A DNA stretch of 64,000 bases from Trichoplax adhaerens (taxonomy: Eukaryota; Animalia; Placozoa), in NCBI RefSeq assembly GCF_000150275.1, contig NW_002060949.1:4577216-4641215 (forward strand). Direction: 5' to 3'. Numbering within the stretch: the first letter of the stretch is position 1; each line of letters opens with the position of its first letter. The notes below the pieces were generated by a model, which was not told the origin of the DNA, ran no database searches, and saw nothing but the letters and a program-made list of their open reading frames with translations. Made by a program: the position numbers and the translations under genes. Shown here in pieces: positions 35,133-50,000 of the stretch.

Positions 35133-38100
35133 ATGCATCGCATGATCTCGAAATATGTCAATCGACCTCTTTTCAGTCGATCCTTTATCCAACGTTATTA
35201 TCTGAGTAATGTAGCTCAAGTTGATGATGCCTTATTTCACCCGACTGAAGAAGAAAAGCAGGTACTTCAAGTTATATGCATACAATGTGTCGTAAGCTGC
35301 GCGTGCTATCATTCCGTAGTAACTTCTTTAGGGCAATCCAAAAGTATATGGGTCTATTTTATACCGTTCATATAATACAATCATGAGAGATTATTCCTTC
35401 ATGTCATTTTATGATACGAGCAATGATGAAATGTGAAGTTACAATTCCAGTTATAGCAACAATACAGTAGATCAGTTACATTCTTCGCCGTATCCTACAA
35501 CCGTAAAGTAAACTACAGATGTTTACGTACCATGTATGGACGTGCGTATGTTATGACGTAGACGATAGGTGTTACTTGCTGGAAATATTGGAGAAATACC
35601 GAAACCTAAACTTGTCAAGATCGCTTTCATGCAATTAAAATAGATATGTCATGACATATATACAGTATAGAACTATATACTTATTGACTATACTGAACAT
35701 GGCTGAAGAGCGTACTGTTCGGTATGTCCACATAGGATACAGTAACTCAATCAGTTCAATTTTGTGACGGTAGTCAATTCTCTGGAACAACTTACTCTCA
35801 ATAATACGTACACGCAAGTTTTGAAAATTTTACAATTTATTCAACGTGATCGATCAGCGGTAATGGTGATTTATTTTAGTTAAGTTACAGCTTACCCTAC
35901 AGTCATACGTTTTACGTCAAAAAGCGTAATTGAATTGTGCAATATAGGTAGAAGATATAGCATGTTAGATCAGTGTATCGGATCACTATATTCACATGCT
36001 TTCTTTGAGGAAGCTTTGGAGATCTGAATAAGTACTACACCTTACTGTACACTGTATAACTTGGGTATGAAGTCGTTCTGATGTGCATATCATACTCGTA
36101 TAGCTTCGACAAACTATTTTCAAATTCGCCCAAGAAGAGCTAGCCCCTTATGCGGCTGAAATCGATGCTAAGGATGAATTTACAGAATTACGATCGTTCT
36201 GGAGGAAGTTAGGAGACATGGGTTTACATGGGATTACAGTACCAGAGAGTGAAGGTGGTGCTGGAGGAAGCTATATGGACCATTGTATTACAATTGAAGA
36301 GCTAGCAAGGGCTTCCCCATCAGTTGGTATGAGCTACGCTGTCCACTCTAATATGTGCATTAATCAGTTGGTCCGAAATGGAAATGCAGAACAAAAAGCC
36401 AAATATCTTCCCAAGGTACTGTCAGCATTTCTTACTAAAATAGTATATGGCCTATTTCTCTGATAATTATAATCAATACTACTATGCAAGTTTGATATAG
36501 GCAATCAGTCATTGTGCTGTCAATTTTATTCTATACCATCTCATATCTTATTATTATGTTTGCTTTGTTTCTGTTGACATCAAATATTCCACTACTAAAG
36601 CTGATAAGTGGTGAATATATCGGTGCTTTGGCAATGAGCGAACCAAATGCTGGTAGCGATGTCATGTCCTTGAGACTTCGCGCGGAAAAACAAGGTTAGT
36701 ACGTTGTGTTGCTCCTATGCTTACTAACCAATTGCATCCGCAATGCTTGGATTGCAACACATGAGTTAGGATTTATTCACCATAAAGGTTAATACAGTTG
36801 TACATAAAACATGATGCGATCAATACATTTTTACGAAATATCCTTTCTACTGTTATCAATATGTATCAAATAGAAGAATGGTAAATGAACTTGATTGATA
36901 TTTTCACAATTTTCTTCACTTTAGGGAATCACTACGTTCTAAATGGAACTAAATTCTGGATTACCAATGGGCCTGTTGCAGATATTATCATAGTTTATGC
37001 TAAAACTGATCCTGCTGCTCACCAACATGGAATATCGGCATTTATAGTCGAAACGGTACGCAATCATTAGTCGTGAAATAAAATTAGCCTTGGCTAAGTG
37101 ATTACTTAAACAGATATAGCTATTGATAGCCTAACACCATTTCCGGTATATGTTACGTAGAAAACACCTGGATTTTCGATCGCACAGAAATTAGATAAAC
37201 TAGGTTTAAGAGGCTCAGAAACTGGCGAATTAGTATTTGAAGATTGCAAAATTCCTGAAGAAAATATTTTAGGGCGTGTAAATAAAGGTTACTTTGATAT
37301 ATTATATACAAGATATTTTGATGAGAATAAAGTTGATTAATACGATAATCCTTTCCCTAGGAGTTCAAGTCCTGATGAGTGGACTTGATTTGGAAAGAGG
37401 AACACTGGCAGGCGGTGCTATTGGCATAATGCAGTCGGTTGTTGACGTTGTCTACCCATACGTTCATACGAGGGAACAATTTGATCAGAAAATTGGTCAA
37501 TTTCAGGTAGAATGACCACCTCGCTTGGATTTAAGTTATTTTTCAAGGCGAATTGATCAGACTACTGTCACAGTCAATTCCTGCACAAGATTTTTTTTTA
37601 ATGTATAGTCGTGTGAATTAAAAGGAATTTTTTGATTTCACTTAATTATTCCATCTCGATGATCATAATCGTACCGTGTTTAAAATTTTTGTTTTCCTTT
37701 CAGATGATTCAGTCCAAATTGGCCGATATGTATAACACCTTAAACCTGTGTCGTAGTTATCTGTATAATGTTGTCCGAGCATTTGATAGAGGTGTTATTA
37801 GAAGCGCAGTGAGTATAGCTATATAACTTAAAATGAACTGTACTTCTGCGTATCCCTGTAAGGTGTAAAGATTACTTAACAATAATATCTTGTTTACTTT
37901 ATTAAGTTGCTTCTTTCAAATTTATGATCCTAAATCTATCAAAATCAATAATGATCCGATTTAATAGGATTGTGCAGCAGCAGGAATTCTGGTTGGAGAA
38001 AATGCTACACAAATGGCTTTAGATGGTATTCAATGTTTAGGTACGTCTGGTCTTTAGAATAGTGAGCTACCATTGTAGTATACAATACAACTTGTAAATT

Positions 38101-38313
38101 GGCTTCAACTGCATATCATATTTCTGTTTATGTAATTTATAAAATCACTATTCTCTCAATTTCTTGTAATTAGGTGGCAATGGCTACATTAATGATTATC
38201 CGACCGGACGAATGTTGCGAGATGCTAAGATATTTGAAATTGCTGGTGGAACTCAAGAAATTAGAAAGCTCATCGTTGGTAGAAGCATTAATGCTCACTA
38301 CATGGGAAAGTGA
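35133..38313 (+). CDS. IVD: IVD-like acyl-CoA dehydrogenase, divergent paralog with mitochondrial presequence (9 exons)
   Basis: Presequence [25 protein letters not shown]; exons 35133-35261, 36103-36415, 36601-36694, 36925-37055, 37161-37288, 37361-37506, 37703-37808, 37968-38040 and ~38174-38313, with the same intron positions as the minus-strand paralog; [15 protein letters not shown]; [17 protein letters not shown]. Confidence 0.92.
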
Positions 38314-40518
38314 GGCTTTGAATACCTCTTATTAGTCTCGTAGATTTATATTATAACCATTTCTACTATGGATATTTGATGAGAATAACTATCTTGTGAT
38401 TACCGTACAGTGTAATCATTACTTTAAATAATGCTAAGTTTATAAAATGCAAAACCTGATCAAGCACAGAAAACATTTAAAGGTAATTAAATTCGAAAGC
38501 TTTATCTGATCAATATTTCAAGCATATCAGAAAAAAATTGGGGGAGCAAATCTGCAGTTATTATTTTTATAACTGTAAGATACATTTCCAATAAAATTGC
38601 AATATCTACTCATTCAATGACACAACCAAGTGTTTGCGCTTATCTGTGAATTTTTAAAGTCAATCAATAAAATGAAGAAACATATGCAATCGCCACCATG
38701 TTACTTAATATTATTGCATAATACTGTATAAAGAATACTACTACGTAGAAATACGTACGTAGCAAAGTTCATAAATATTTTCTCTCCTGATCACTATCAC
38801 TTTCAGTTGGAGAGTAATTTGGTAACGATAATCAATGATACGCTTGGCCTGTACCATAGAATATTAGGAATAAAGCACAATATTGCACAATGGTAGACTA
38901 GGCTAGACATGTAGAGGAAAGTATCTGATTAATTCGATTAAGTTCATACTTGCGGAAGTATACCATTGAGTTCTGATATGAGTCATGTATTTAACTTGTT
39001 GCAATTACTACTTTAGCGTAATGTTAGAGTATGACTTATAAGTGATCTCTATAATTATTGAAATAGGAACAAATCAACCTATACTTGACGATTTATTTTA
39101 CTGCGATAGGTCAATCTAACCTGATCTAACTATAGTAACCTCTAGCAGCAAGTAGCAAAATGTGCGCTTACTGCATTTGTTTATACTCTTAGTCTGTGAA
39201 TAGCTTAGAGGATTGGTTGTACACTAAATTCAAGTCATCTTTCTATACTCTTTTTGTATACCTTACTGAGACTGATTTGCCGGTACATTATCTAAAAAAC
39301 AACAAAGTAGTTTCAGCAAAATATTCGAAAAGAGTATACGCTCGTATAGTATTGACGATAATTTTGTATAATTAAATTTATTGTTCGCTAAACGCGTATA
39401 TCTACTTGTGTCTAGCGATGTAAGCGGTTTATGACTATACTAAATACTAAATATGACTTGGTAAGAGATTTTTAAAGATCTTATAAGGTATTTCAGTATA
39501 AATATTTATATTCATAAATGCTATAGTCTAGGTAATGAGACTGATAGCGTAGTAGAAATACAGTACTTTATTGACTGAATTTATTCAAAAATAAATTATA
39601 GCAATGCTATTAACTTGAAATTGCACTACTGTACACTGAGTGTACAGTGTACAGTACAGTATAATGTATTCCGTGGAATTTTCACGGGTTTCGCTAGATT
39701 AAAGATATGCTCCTCTCCAAGATAGGAGTCAATTTTGAGTTTGAGCACACTTTCAATCTAGATGTTTTTAATTTTTCCATTTTAACTATTCATAGCTCAG
39801 CTGATCGATAAACACACAAAATTGCCCATCATTTCGTGCTATTACCCTTGAAAGAAGAAAGGAAAGTTAATTTCATCCAGACTGACAGACAGACGACCGA
39901 TAATATCGATGATGTCATGATTTACCTGTACGGTAATACAGTACAGTAATGTACTGTATCGCCTCCCGTACAGTACCGCTACTGTACAGTAAAGTACAGT
40001 ACAGTACTGCTGTACAGACCGTACAGTACCATGACTTGTGACGGCTTAAAAAGAATAAAAAGAATCTCCACAAGTTTTTGCTCGTCCTTTGAATCGAGAA
40101 TGCAACAGCGAAGAGGTTGAGAAAGGTGATTTGGATACTGTATCGAGCGAAGATTGGGAATAGAAATTATTGAATGTAAGTTGGCTTTGTATTTAGACAT
40201 CAGTTAGCCTTTGGCCATTGATTTAGAGGACTAACAAGATTCTGCGGTAGGCGGATAGTGTGCTCATACAAGCGTAGTGATCGTCTTAAACCTCATTTAA
40301 TCGTGCAGAAAAGGTGCCAAATAAATAGTGCAGTGTGCAAAAAAAGAGCAACATCGCTTAGAAGAGGTATACTGCCAAAGAGTAGGATAACCATTGCTGC
40401 GAGAATCATCGTCTATCCCACACCATTGGATAGTAGATAGGAGATAGAACTGGAGGTAGAGCTATAGCACTGGCTTTCTCTGACTTGCGATTGTATAGCG
40501 GAGCTGCTACCTAAATCA

Positions 40519-43500
40519 ATGGATGAAGTTCATACTACCAAAGTGGTGCTACTTGGCCGAACAGGCTCGGGCAAAACTTCCTTAATCGTTCGCTACATAT
40601 CATCTGTTTTCTCAGAAAATGTTAAACCAGTAAGTTAAATAAATGAAACGTGATCATAAAATTGGATATCTTACTTATTTTGTGCCATAAAGTAATTCAA
40701 AATTCAAGGCAGAGTAGTTAGTATAACAATATTAACATATTCTATCTACGATGTCCGTATTGCCTCTCAAAATGATTTACAGTAAGTGTACAGTACAATA
40801 CAACTAATCAATCAAGTACCGTCTTTGGACTATCATAAATGGATTTACCAATAGCATATATGTTCAAATAGGATCTTACTACAAAGATCGAGATTATATT
40901 AGAGAATTTAAGACTTCAAGAACGTGAGATAGACGGTAGCTGGGCTAAATGGACAATGCAGTATAATTTTATACATTGTTGCAATATTATAGTATACGAT
41001 TATACCTGTCAATACGGTATACTGCATGTGCGAAATATCATCCTGATTTAAAGATGCACAGTAGATGCTAATAGATTTATACAGTGAATGCAGATTAAAT
41101 CCAATCATTTGGTATCATTGCTTTAATAATTACTTTATTGTGACATCTTAGCAAGCTGTCAGAATAAAAGTTTTCAATAGCCGGGTTGAATAACCCCAGC
41201 TGCTACAGCTATCATCCTCCACTTTCATTCGTACCTTGAGTTTTCACCATTCTAAAAGTTGTAATCTTATGCTGGAAGGAATTAGGCTAGCCATAAAACA
41301 TTTTCGAAAGTCGTACTGAAGATTCAAATCTTGTTGCTATAGTATTGTAATATGCTCTTACTTTCCTTGATTATACTGTTCTTTAAAGTTGCACCACCTG
41401 GTATATCGATGTAGACCTTGTAATTGATTCCATGTTATCAATGTTGATGCGACCTAATAACGCATGCATTTGTTGATTTCATGCAATGGTAGCTTAGTGT
41501 GTTTATAATTCTGTAAGCTTTACAAGGCAAATTTCGCTAGAATTAATGCTACCTGCTACTAGTATGATACAAAAATTTTGCAGAGATGTCTAACAAGATA
41601 ACGGATATTAACTGAATAAATGCTATCAACGTACTCGTTCTATGCCTATTTTATGTTAGAATAGCAATTTGTGGTAAAGTCATCACAATCATTAAGAATA
41701 CAGTCTAATGATCCTAACACCCAGCTTAAGTAAAATGATACGGCAGAACATTTCGATCCTATCATCATTGCTTTTATGTGATAGCCGTAGTGTTAATTAT
41801 AACAGCTAACAATGTAATAACTTTCGATACTTCGTGACATTTCGTTCAACTATACTTTAAAATCAACGGTATACGTGTAGTCTAGTAGAAAATATTAATA
41901 TTTGTAATTGTTATGCGTAATTGCTCTTGGATAGGATAACTTACATGTGTAAAACAATTCGTACAGTATCATTATTTACTTTGGAAGCATACTGAACGTC
42001 AACAACGTATAATACTTTATTACAGACCATTGGAGCAGCTTTCTCAAAAAAGACAGTACAATTGATACATGGAGAAGAACGGAAACAAGTTGTATTGGCT
42101 ATTTGGGTAATTAAATCGAAATATGATAATATTTAAATTAAATCATATTAAATTTAAAACGATACAATTAAGATGCTGTCAAATACGATAACAAATAAAA
42201 TTTCTATTAGAGATATGGTTTTTGACTAATATTCGTGTATATCTAATAACCTCGATCACTCGAAATCTTTGTGCATACAATACGTCGCAAACTCTATGGT
42301 GTACTATCTCATAGTAATTTATGACTTCATTAACAGACTGTCCTATTGTCACATTTTGGTTTAACTTACTTTTAAAGGATACTGCTGGCGACGAACGTTA
42401 TGAGTCTATGGCGCCTCTTTACTATAGAAATTCATCTGCAGCAATTATCTGCTTCGGTAAATAATTATGTACTTTGTTATTTATACCGGTAAAATAGTGA
42501 CATCAGATCTCATCAATGCATTTTAAAGTTTTTATTATACTTTTTACATGCGTGACAATAGTGACGTTGTTACTACACTTGTTTTGTTACTACGCTAAGT
42601 TGTTATAAACGTGGTCACTGAAGAGCAGCTTTTACCTACTCTTCGCGAAATTATTAATTTTGGAGAATACCAATATATTTGCAATATCTATTGAATTTAG
42701 TAAACATTTTAATATTACAACATTGAATTGACAAAACAATTTTTATTTTACAGATTTAGCAGATCGGCAGAGTTATAATAAAGTTGATTTCTGGGTTAAA
42801 GAACTGGTGGAGAAGGTTGAGGTACGGGTTAACGTTTGTGTGTGTAGTCAGAGTTGTAATTGGTTACATTTACAATCACCGATATTTAGCAGGCTTAGCA
42901 TACTAAAATTGTAAAGAATTAATGCAAAATAAATAGCATCTCTCACAGAGCTATTATTCATTTCATTTAAGCAGAACTGCAAATTATACATCTGTGGGAC
43001 AAAAACTGATTTATTGGCGGAATATGGAGGCCCCCTGAAACGTGCCGTTGGCCCAACTGAAGTTATGGCTTATGCTAAAAGTGAGTGCAATATGAGATTT
43101 ACTATAAACTAAACGAATTAATTGATTTGTGTTGCGAAAAACAAGATCTACTAAGCAATAATAGCACTCATGTAAAAATTTGATGAGACCTACATATTTC
43201 ATTCTACTAGTATTAACATTTCCGTATAATATATTATATGTATCATTTATTCCATATTGTAATAATATTTATTTGTTTTTACGTTATCAAATGTACTGAG
43301 CTGTATATTATTTTGCATAATATTGCCTAATTTTATTTCGATATTATTTCTTATTCAGAGCTTAACGCAAAATTTGTAGAAACGTCAAGCAAAAGTAACT
43401 ACGGAATTGGTATGTTTTGAAGATGTTATGTCACTTACTACTTTAGTAATGCAACGTGCTACATGATTTATTGATTGATAAGCGAACTGGTGTGATACTT

Positions 43501-44034
43501 ATAAGAATTGACTTAAATTTTACACTTGTTTATTCGTTATTTTTTTTATTTAGATGACCTATTTAAATTAGTTGCGGCAGATTTTGCAGGCTTTACTCTA
43601 TGTGAAGGTATGGAGAAACGGAATTTATTAAATAGGTTTTATTATGTATCACCATGGCTACTATAATAATTTGGGAGGAGAAAAATAGATTATCATTAAT
43701 TTCGAGATATTGGTATTGCATTTATGCAAGTTTCATATAGTATGAAAGGAAATTGAATGGAATATTGCAAACTTTTGCTATAGATATACAAGTAGTAAAC
43801 TTTTGTACAATTAATACCGTAATGTACTTGCTAAGAGTTAATCATAATTTATATTTTGATTTGGCTTGGGTATGTCATCTTTTAATTATAGCATGTACAT
43901 TATTAACCTATGTAATAAAACATAGCGTAATTGTCTTTTTCATCTTTTCATTAGCTCCACCTATTGAAGATTCCTTACGTCTGCAAGAACCTAATCAAAC
44001 AGATGTTAATGAAAAGAGTTCCTGTTGTTTTTAG
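40519..44034 (+). CDS. RAB24: Rab24-like small GTPase (8 coding exons)
   Basis: KVVLLGRTGSGKTSL; TIGAAF; IW|DTAGDERYESMAPLYYR; FWVKEL; YICGTKTDLL (TKxD instead of NKxD) and ETSSK are Rab24 hallmarks; C-terminal SSCCF* prenylation motif. Confidence 0.82.
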
Positions 44035-47000
44035 ACACTTATTTATAGGATCCTTCATTATTAGCCTTCTAAATACTTTTCTTTACCAAATCTGCAACTA
44101 GAGTCTATGCAGTTTAATCACTAAAAAATCTTGTAAATTCAACGATTTATTTCAGCCAATCAAATCGTCAAAGAAAAATATTAAGAAAAGCACACCTTTG
44201 TGTATAATCGCAATTTTCCCAACTGAATATCTACACAGTATTTGTTAGTAATAGATAGTATGATATAAGAGTATAATATATTTATAGACACGCAAAAATC
44301 ATACTGAGAAAGTTGAAATAGCATAGGAACATATCACGTTGCATTATTAGATTTTATTATAAAATAGTACAGCTTCTTAGACGAATAGCGTATAGTGAAC
44401 GTTTAGTGTGGTTTATAATACTCATTTACTATTTCTGCGTTATGTTATAAATTGTCAAGATTTTATTTGGAGATTATTCTGATTTACTAGGGTGGTTACT
44501 GATACATTATGAATTAATTCTCTATGATTTAGCTTAGTTAACTTTAATTTTATAAAGTATAATTTAACTGTTCCTATTAATATAATTATAGATATTTCGT
44601 GTGAAATTTCTTTGCATACAATCATGTATTTATAATATATTGAGTATCGATCTTGAAATACAATCATGTAATATTTTAGTCACAAACAGTAGAAATATCG
44701 TATACACTCTGATTACCGCCATTTTTCTATAAAGAAGTACAGTATAAGAATTTAATCTATAAATAAAAAATGAAATTGCCAAATCATATCACCGCAAAGT
44801 CAGATAGACTGCATGCTACATCATTTACCTGAGTTATTCAATGAAGTAAATTAATGTTCAATGCCTTCATTCTCACTTGCTGATGTTTTTACAATTGAAC
44901 ATGCCGATCCATTGCCGTTAAAAAATGGAATCAGGTGCGATGATAACAAACTCATAACATACAGCTTATAAAGTAAGTGATGTGAGAATGTTATACGTAT
45001 GCGTGGGTATTTCAATGATCAGCAATAATGTTTTAGCGATTGTAACTGTTAGTAGAATATTAATACTCAATTACTATGTTGAGTAGCATATTCCCATAGG
45101 TGTTAATGAATTATTGTCGTGGTCATTCTTAAAAATGCTGACTGATCTATTTATTCATTAATTACGAATAGCGCTACATAAAGGGATTATAGTATTTATA
45201 GAATAAGAATACAGAGTAATACTAAGTTGAACTGTAGCCATGGCTTTAGCTAGCCAAAGTAAAATTGTATGCGTTAATCAAAAAGTTATCCGTAGGATGA
45301 AAGGAGGAGAACTATCAACAATATTAGTACAGAAACAAATATTATGCGATCAGCTTAATTAACAATAGCTATATAGATTTATGTGGTCGACCAAGGAAAA
45401 AGTATAATTATTTTACATAATTTTCATGTATTACAATCTCGGCCGTAACATTAGATTTTCCTGGTTTCTTGCGCAATAAATTTGGCCGTTGGTGCTACGA
45501 ATGAGAAATATTATTGCTAGGATTAAAATGCATTGGAAGTACTCGTATATAGGCAAAGGACACCCAGTAAAAATCGATCACTCAAGCTGTTTAACCTCTA
45601 TGATTTAACCCATTATCGGCGCTGGACTGGATTCCTGCCTAGGATTGTTTGATTTATTATGAATATTTCACGATTGGTATAGTTTCGGGAATGACTGACT
45701 ACTGATATCGCGACTAGACAATATCTATCTTGAATTTTGTGAAATTTCTTTAATAGTGTTATATACTGAAATTTTTCTTTATGAATGTGCATCAGTAAAC
45801 ATATATATAATAATTGTATATTTCGTTACGAATTCATGCCGTTATAAGTAAATACTTGTACATAAATCAATTACTACATGCTCTGATTTTCAAGTCAGTT
45901 AAATTTTCTCTAATATATATCTAAAGTACCTACTTTTCTTCTTAAACTGCTATATTTAGACTAACTAGTGAAAATATTCGGTAATATAAGCTATCCATAC
46001 TCGAAAAATTGTACTCCCTTAATAATTTGATTGTAAATAGGCCTATATAATAGATTACTATTCTATAGAGTAAACTTCGTACACTAGCTCCAATTACACA
46101 AATAAGTAACATGTTTTTAAATATTAAATTTTGTTTTTATTTATTTCCGTCATATATCTTCGTATATAATTATCCCATGCGAGGATTAGCTCTAATTAAT
46201 TGAAGTCTACTTTAGTTCCTGTTATATTTAATATTAGATTTATTATTACAATATGGCTAGTTACTATGAAAAACGGAAGGTGCTATAAATAATAAGCTAG
46301 AAATTTTATTAAACAAGTAAATAAAGTAATGTTTATCTTTTTATTGAAGTTTCAAAATTTTATCACTCTAATAGCGTGAGAATAGTTACAATGGCAATTA
46401 TATATTTGATATTCATCGAAAAACATTTCCTTGAAACTACCTAATTTCCCCATATGAAAATTATTTTAGTAAAATAGTTAAAATTTTACGTTTTATGACC
46501 GATATCATCACGATCTATTTTGCGAGTTTTAGGTTCTAAATTAAGAAGTCTATTATTTTTATTTTTATCAATCGATTCGATACCAATACTGAATTGTAAT
46601 TTAGTATGAATCGTATGTGCTAATGACATAGTTCTATAGCTAATATATTTTTCTCATTGAAAGGGCAATATAACGAATGTAATCCAATTCCCAAATATGA
46701 AAATAAAATTTTAAGCTGAAATATTATTTGAAGACTTCTGTGTATTACACATTTCGCGTAATTCTTTGCGTAGGACGAAAGCACTTTAAAGTCTAATAGT
46801 GCAAATATCAACCAATGCTTCGGTTATATTCAAAGTCAATCTTCTTCAATTGAACGTTATGGGAGTTTTGCAATGAGAGAGAAGATCATTCTTTTAGATT
46901 CTAGTTGAGAATAACGACTGGTTGGATAAACTAACACAAGACAGGTCTAATTACTGTATGTTGCACATTTTTAAACTAGCATGTCTCATGAAATACACCG

Positions 47001-50000
47001 TGAGTAGGTTGAGTTCGAGATTAGCATTTATTAGATTTCCAGTCCCTTAAATAATAATCCATTTTCGTGTAAGGCTTAGGGAAGTGGACACCTTGCATGC
47101 ACGATTAAAGTATGAATTACTAAACATATGATATTATCACGTATTAATTTATTGACTATATAATGCACACCTACTAGCTATAGTAATAAATATATTCCCG
47201 TACTAAAATATGTAACTCCGTCTGATTGTAAATTAATTTTAAATTTAAATACCTCACAACATTTATAACACTATGCAATGAAGTGGCTACAAGTCTTATT
47301 ATTTACTATGATAAGTGTATCGATAAGAATGTGCTCTCGTTACAAATAGTCAGCTTTAGGAACTAGCTATGAGGCTGACATTACACCAGCTAAAGACTTG
47401 ATACTTAGTCTAATATAAGAAGAAGTCATCTTCTGTTTCCCAATACACTTTCCAACATCAGATGTAGACATTAATCTTAATTCAGTTTTAAACGTTACTA
47501 TAGATTAATAATTGGTATGCTATCTTTTCTTTCATTAAAATGATCAAATACCGGTGTCTGAGTTTGATAATCAGGTATCAGTATGTAAGTTGAATTACTA
47601 TATAGGTGTAGGTACATTAATAAGCTTCAACGTTTTACAAAATTAAGTTATATATTTAGTTTAATTGTGTCATAAAGTATCTTTAAAATAATAAACAAGA
47701 ACTCCCTTTTCTTGAAAACTCTACTTCATTACATAAATCAAGTTCGTCTTACAACGGCCAAGGACAATCTGGCAGCAATCAGGCCATTTATCTTTATAAT
47801 TTTAATCTTAAGCTAATTTGGATCTGCAATGAATATTGATTTTAATAATTATTATGATTTTGACACTAAATTATAGAATATAAAATGCTATGCGACATTG
47901 TAATCTACTATAAGTACATCAAAATAAAGATAGTATTTAGTATTTTATTATCTCTAGGACATAGAAATATCGTAACGACAATTATCATATAATTTATGTC
48001 AAAGAAATTAGAGTTTGTCGATCAATAAATTATAAAATATTAAGTCATACAATGACATAACTATAATAAATGAATGTTAACGTCAGATTGACGTCAAACA
48101 GCTAAGATAATTGATAATATAGAATAATAATTTTAAAACGAAATTTCGCTTAGTGTAGGTGTGGCTAAAATGTAGATTAAAAGTTATTTCTATTCAGGTT
48201 TTAGTAAGAGCATTATACTGCTATTCGCGATATGTTGAAGTAGATACACAATTAGTCTGATCATAGCGTCAATCTTTTTATCTATAGATTACATTGTAAC
48301 TAAAAGATACCGCTTTTGTATTATTTTTTATTTAAAAATGAAGTGGAATTCTCATCTGATCTATAGTTACTCTGTCTTCAGTCTTAAAACTAATAAAAGA
48401 ATGTAACAATTTATGAGAATTTCTCAGTCATTCCGGTGAATAATGGATCACTATTGTCACCGAATAGAATACGAAGAAAAATCAATCCATTAGGAATTGC
48501 GTTTACGACTCGGTGGAAATGTTGATAATGATTAAAATGATTTATTCAATAACTATTCGTAAATCGTATAGTTATGTGTTTGTATTTTATGTTAATTATC
48601 GTAAGTTTCGATAGATTATGTAATTAATAAATTGCTCTTTAATTTATTTATACAACCGCAATTTATAATTAATAATAATCAAAGAGAATATACAGTAGCA
48701 GTTTATTGGAATTAACTCACTGATCAATCTTTCTGTCTTGGCATCAATTAAATATTTACCGTTATTTTTAAATTATTAATTAAGCTTGATCATCGAAAAA
48801 TAATTTTCTGAATGCTCCATATAAAATATATTGTTATAAACTTTGCTATTTTCTCATAAATTATAATTTTTTAATTTACTGAATGCATATATGATATGGT
48901 GGCTATAGAACACACTGAAATACTATTTTAGAATAATAATTATAGATAATGAAATATTTAAATTAATAAGTTACATTCTTTAACTCTGCCAGTCAGCATG
49001 ATCCAGTTTGCCCTGCATTTAGCTGAGCTATTTAGCCTTGTATTTCATTCAAATAAACCTAGAGACATATGATCTTGAACGAAATAGCTTTAAATATTGT
49101 TTAATTACATATTATACGTTTATGAATTAGTTTTACGTATATCAACGTTGCAAATAAGGCTATGCAGACAGTATTCTCTCTTTAGTCGAGAATAGTATCC
49201 TTATGTTTATATAGCTAGTGGTAATATAAAATAGTACGTTCTAGAGTCTTTATTATAACTGATTTCTCAAATTGATAGGGTGAAGTAGCTATAACAATAT
49301 TCTACGATCGTGATTTTAATAGATACAACTGAGAGCTGATTGTTGTAAATGGAGTATTTCAGGCATTAAATAAATTTACTCCAAGATTAATATAGATTTA
49401 TATATTATCTTTTGCGCTAATCTATACATCTTTTTGTAATTATAAATGGATATCATATTCATAGCGTGACGCTGCCCCAGGACGTTCTCATGCCTTTGTA
49501 TTTTCGCACTAATTTAAGATTCTTTAATTTTTGTTATATTACTACTTATGGCTTTCTAGATTGATAGGCATCTACAATAGATGGTCAAAAATTTCAATTT
49601 GGTAATACTGATAATGATTTAATAACTTTAACAGATACTTATTATACTATTGGAGTTATAGCGACCGTTACTTGCATGTATAAACATTTATTTATTATTC
49701 TAAGTCGTTATCTTAATAGTTTTTTTATATATCGGCAATATCCTGTTACGATAATTTATTTAAGGCCTGTCTAAGATAATGTTGGAATGAAATTTCTAAA
49801 TTTTAGCTATTAAATGGCAGGACACTACAGATTTGAATTAATTGCGTATATTCAAATGATGAATTTTATTGCACTAGCACCTCCGAAATGTTCCACATGT
49901 CTGCAATATCTATATCAATTACCAGTAAGTAAATGGTATTAGTATTGTAGAATATGTCCTACAAAAGTATTTGCTCGAAGAGTCCAGGATTGATTCTGTA

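Noticed and set aside
362-38313. ACOT7 + IVD pairs as an acyl-CoA metabolic gene cluster
   Set aside because: They are separated by ~27 kb of unrelated genes and there is no evidence of co-regulation; proximity is probably coincidental.
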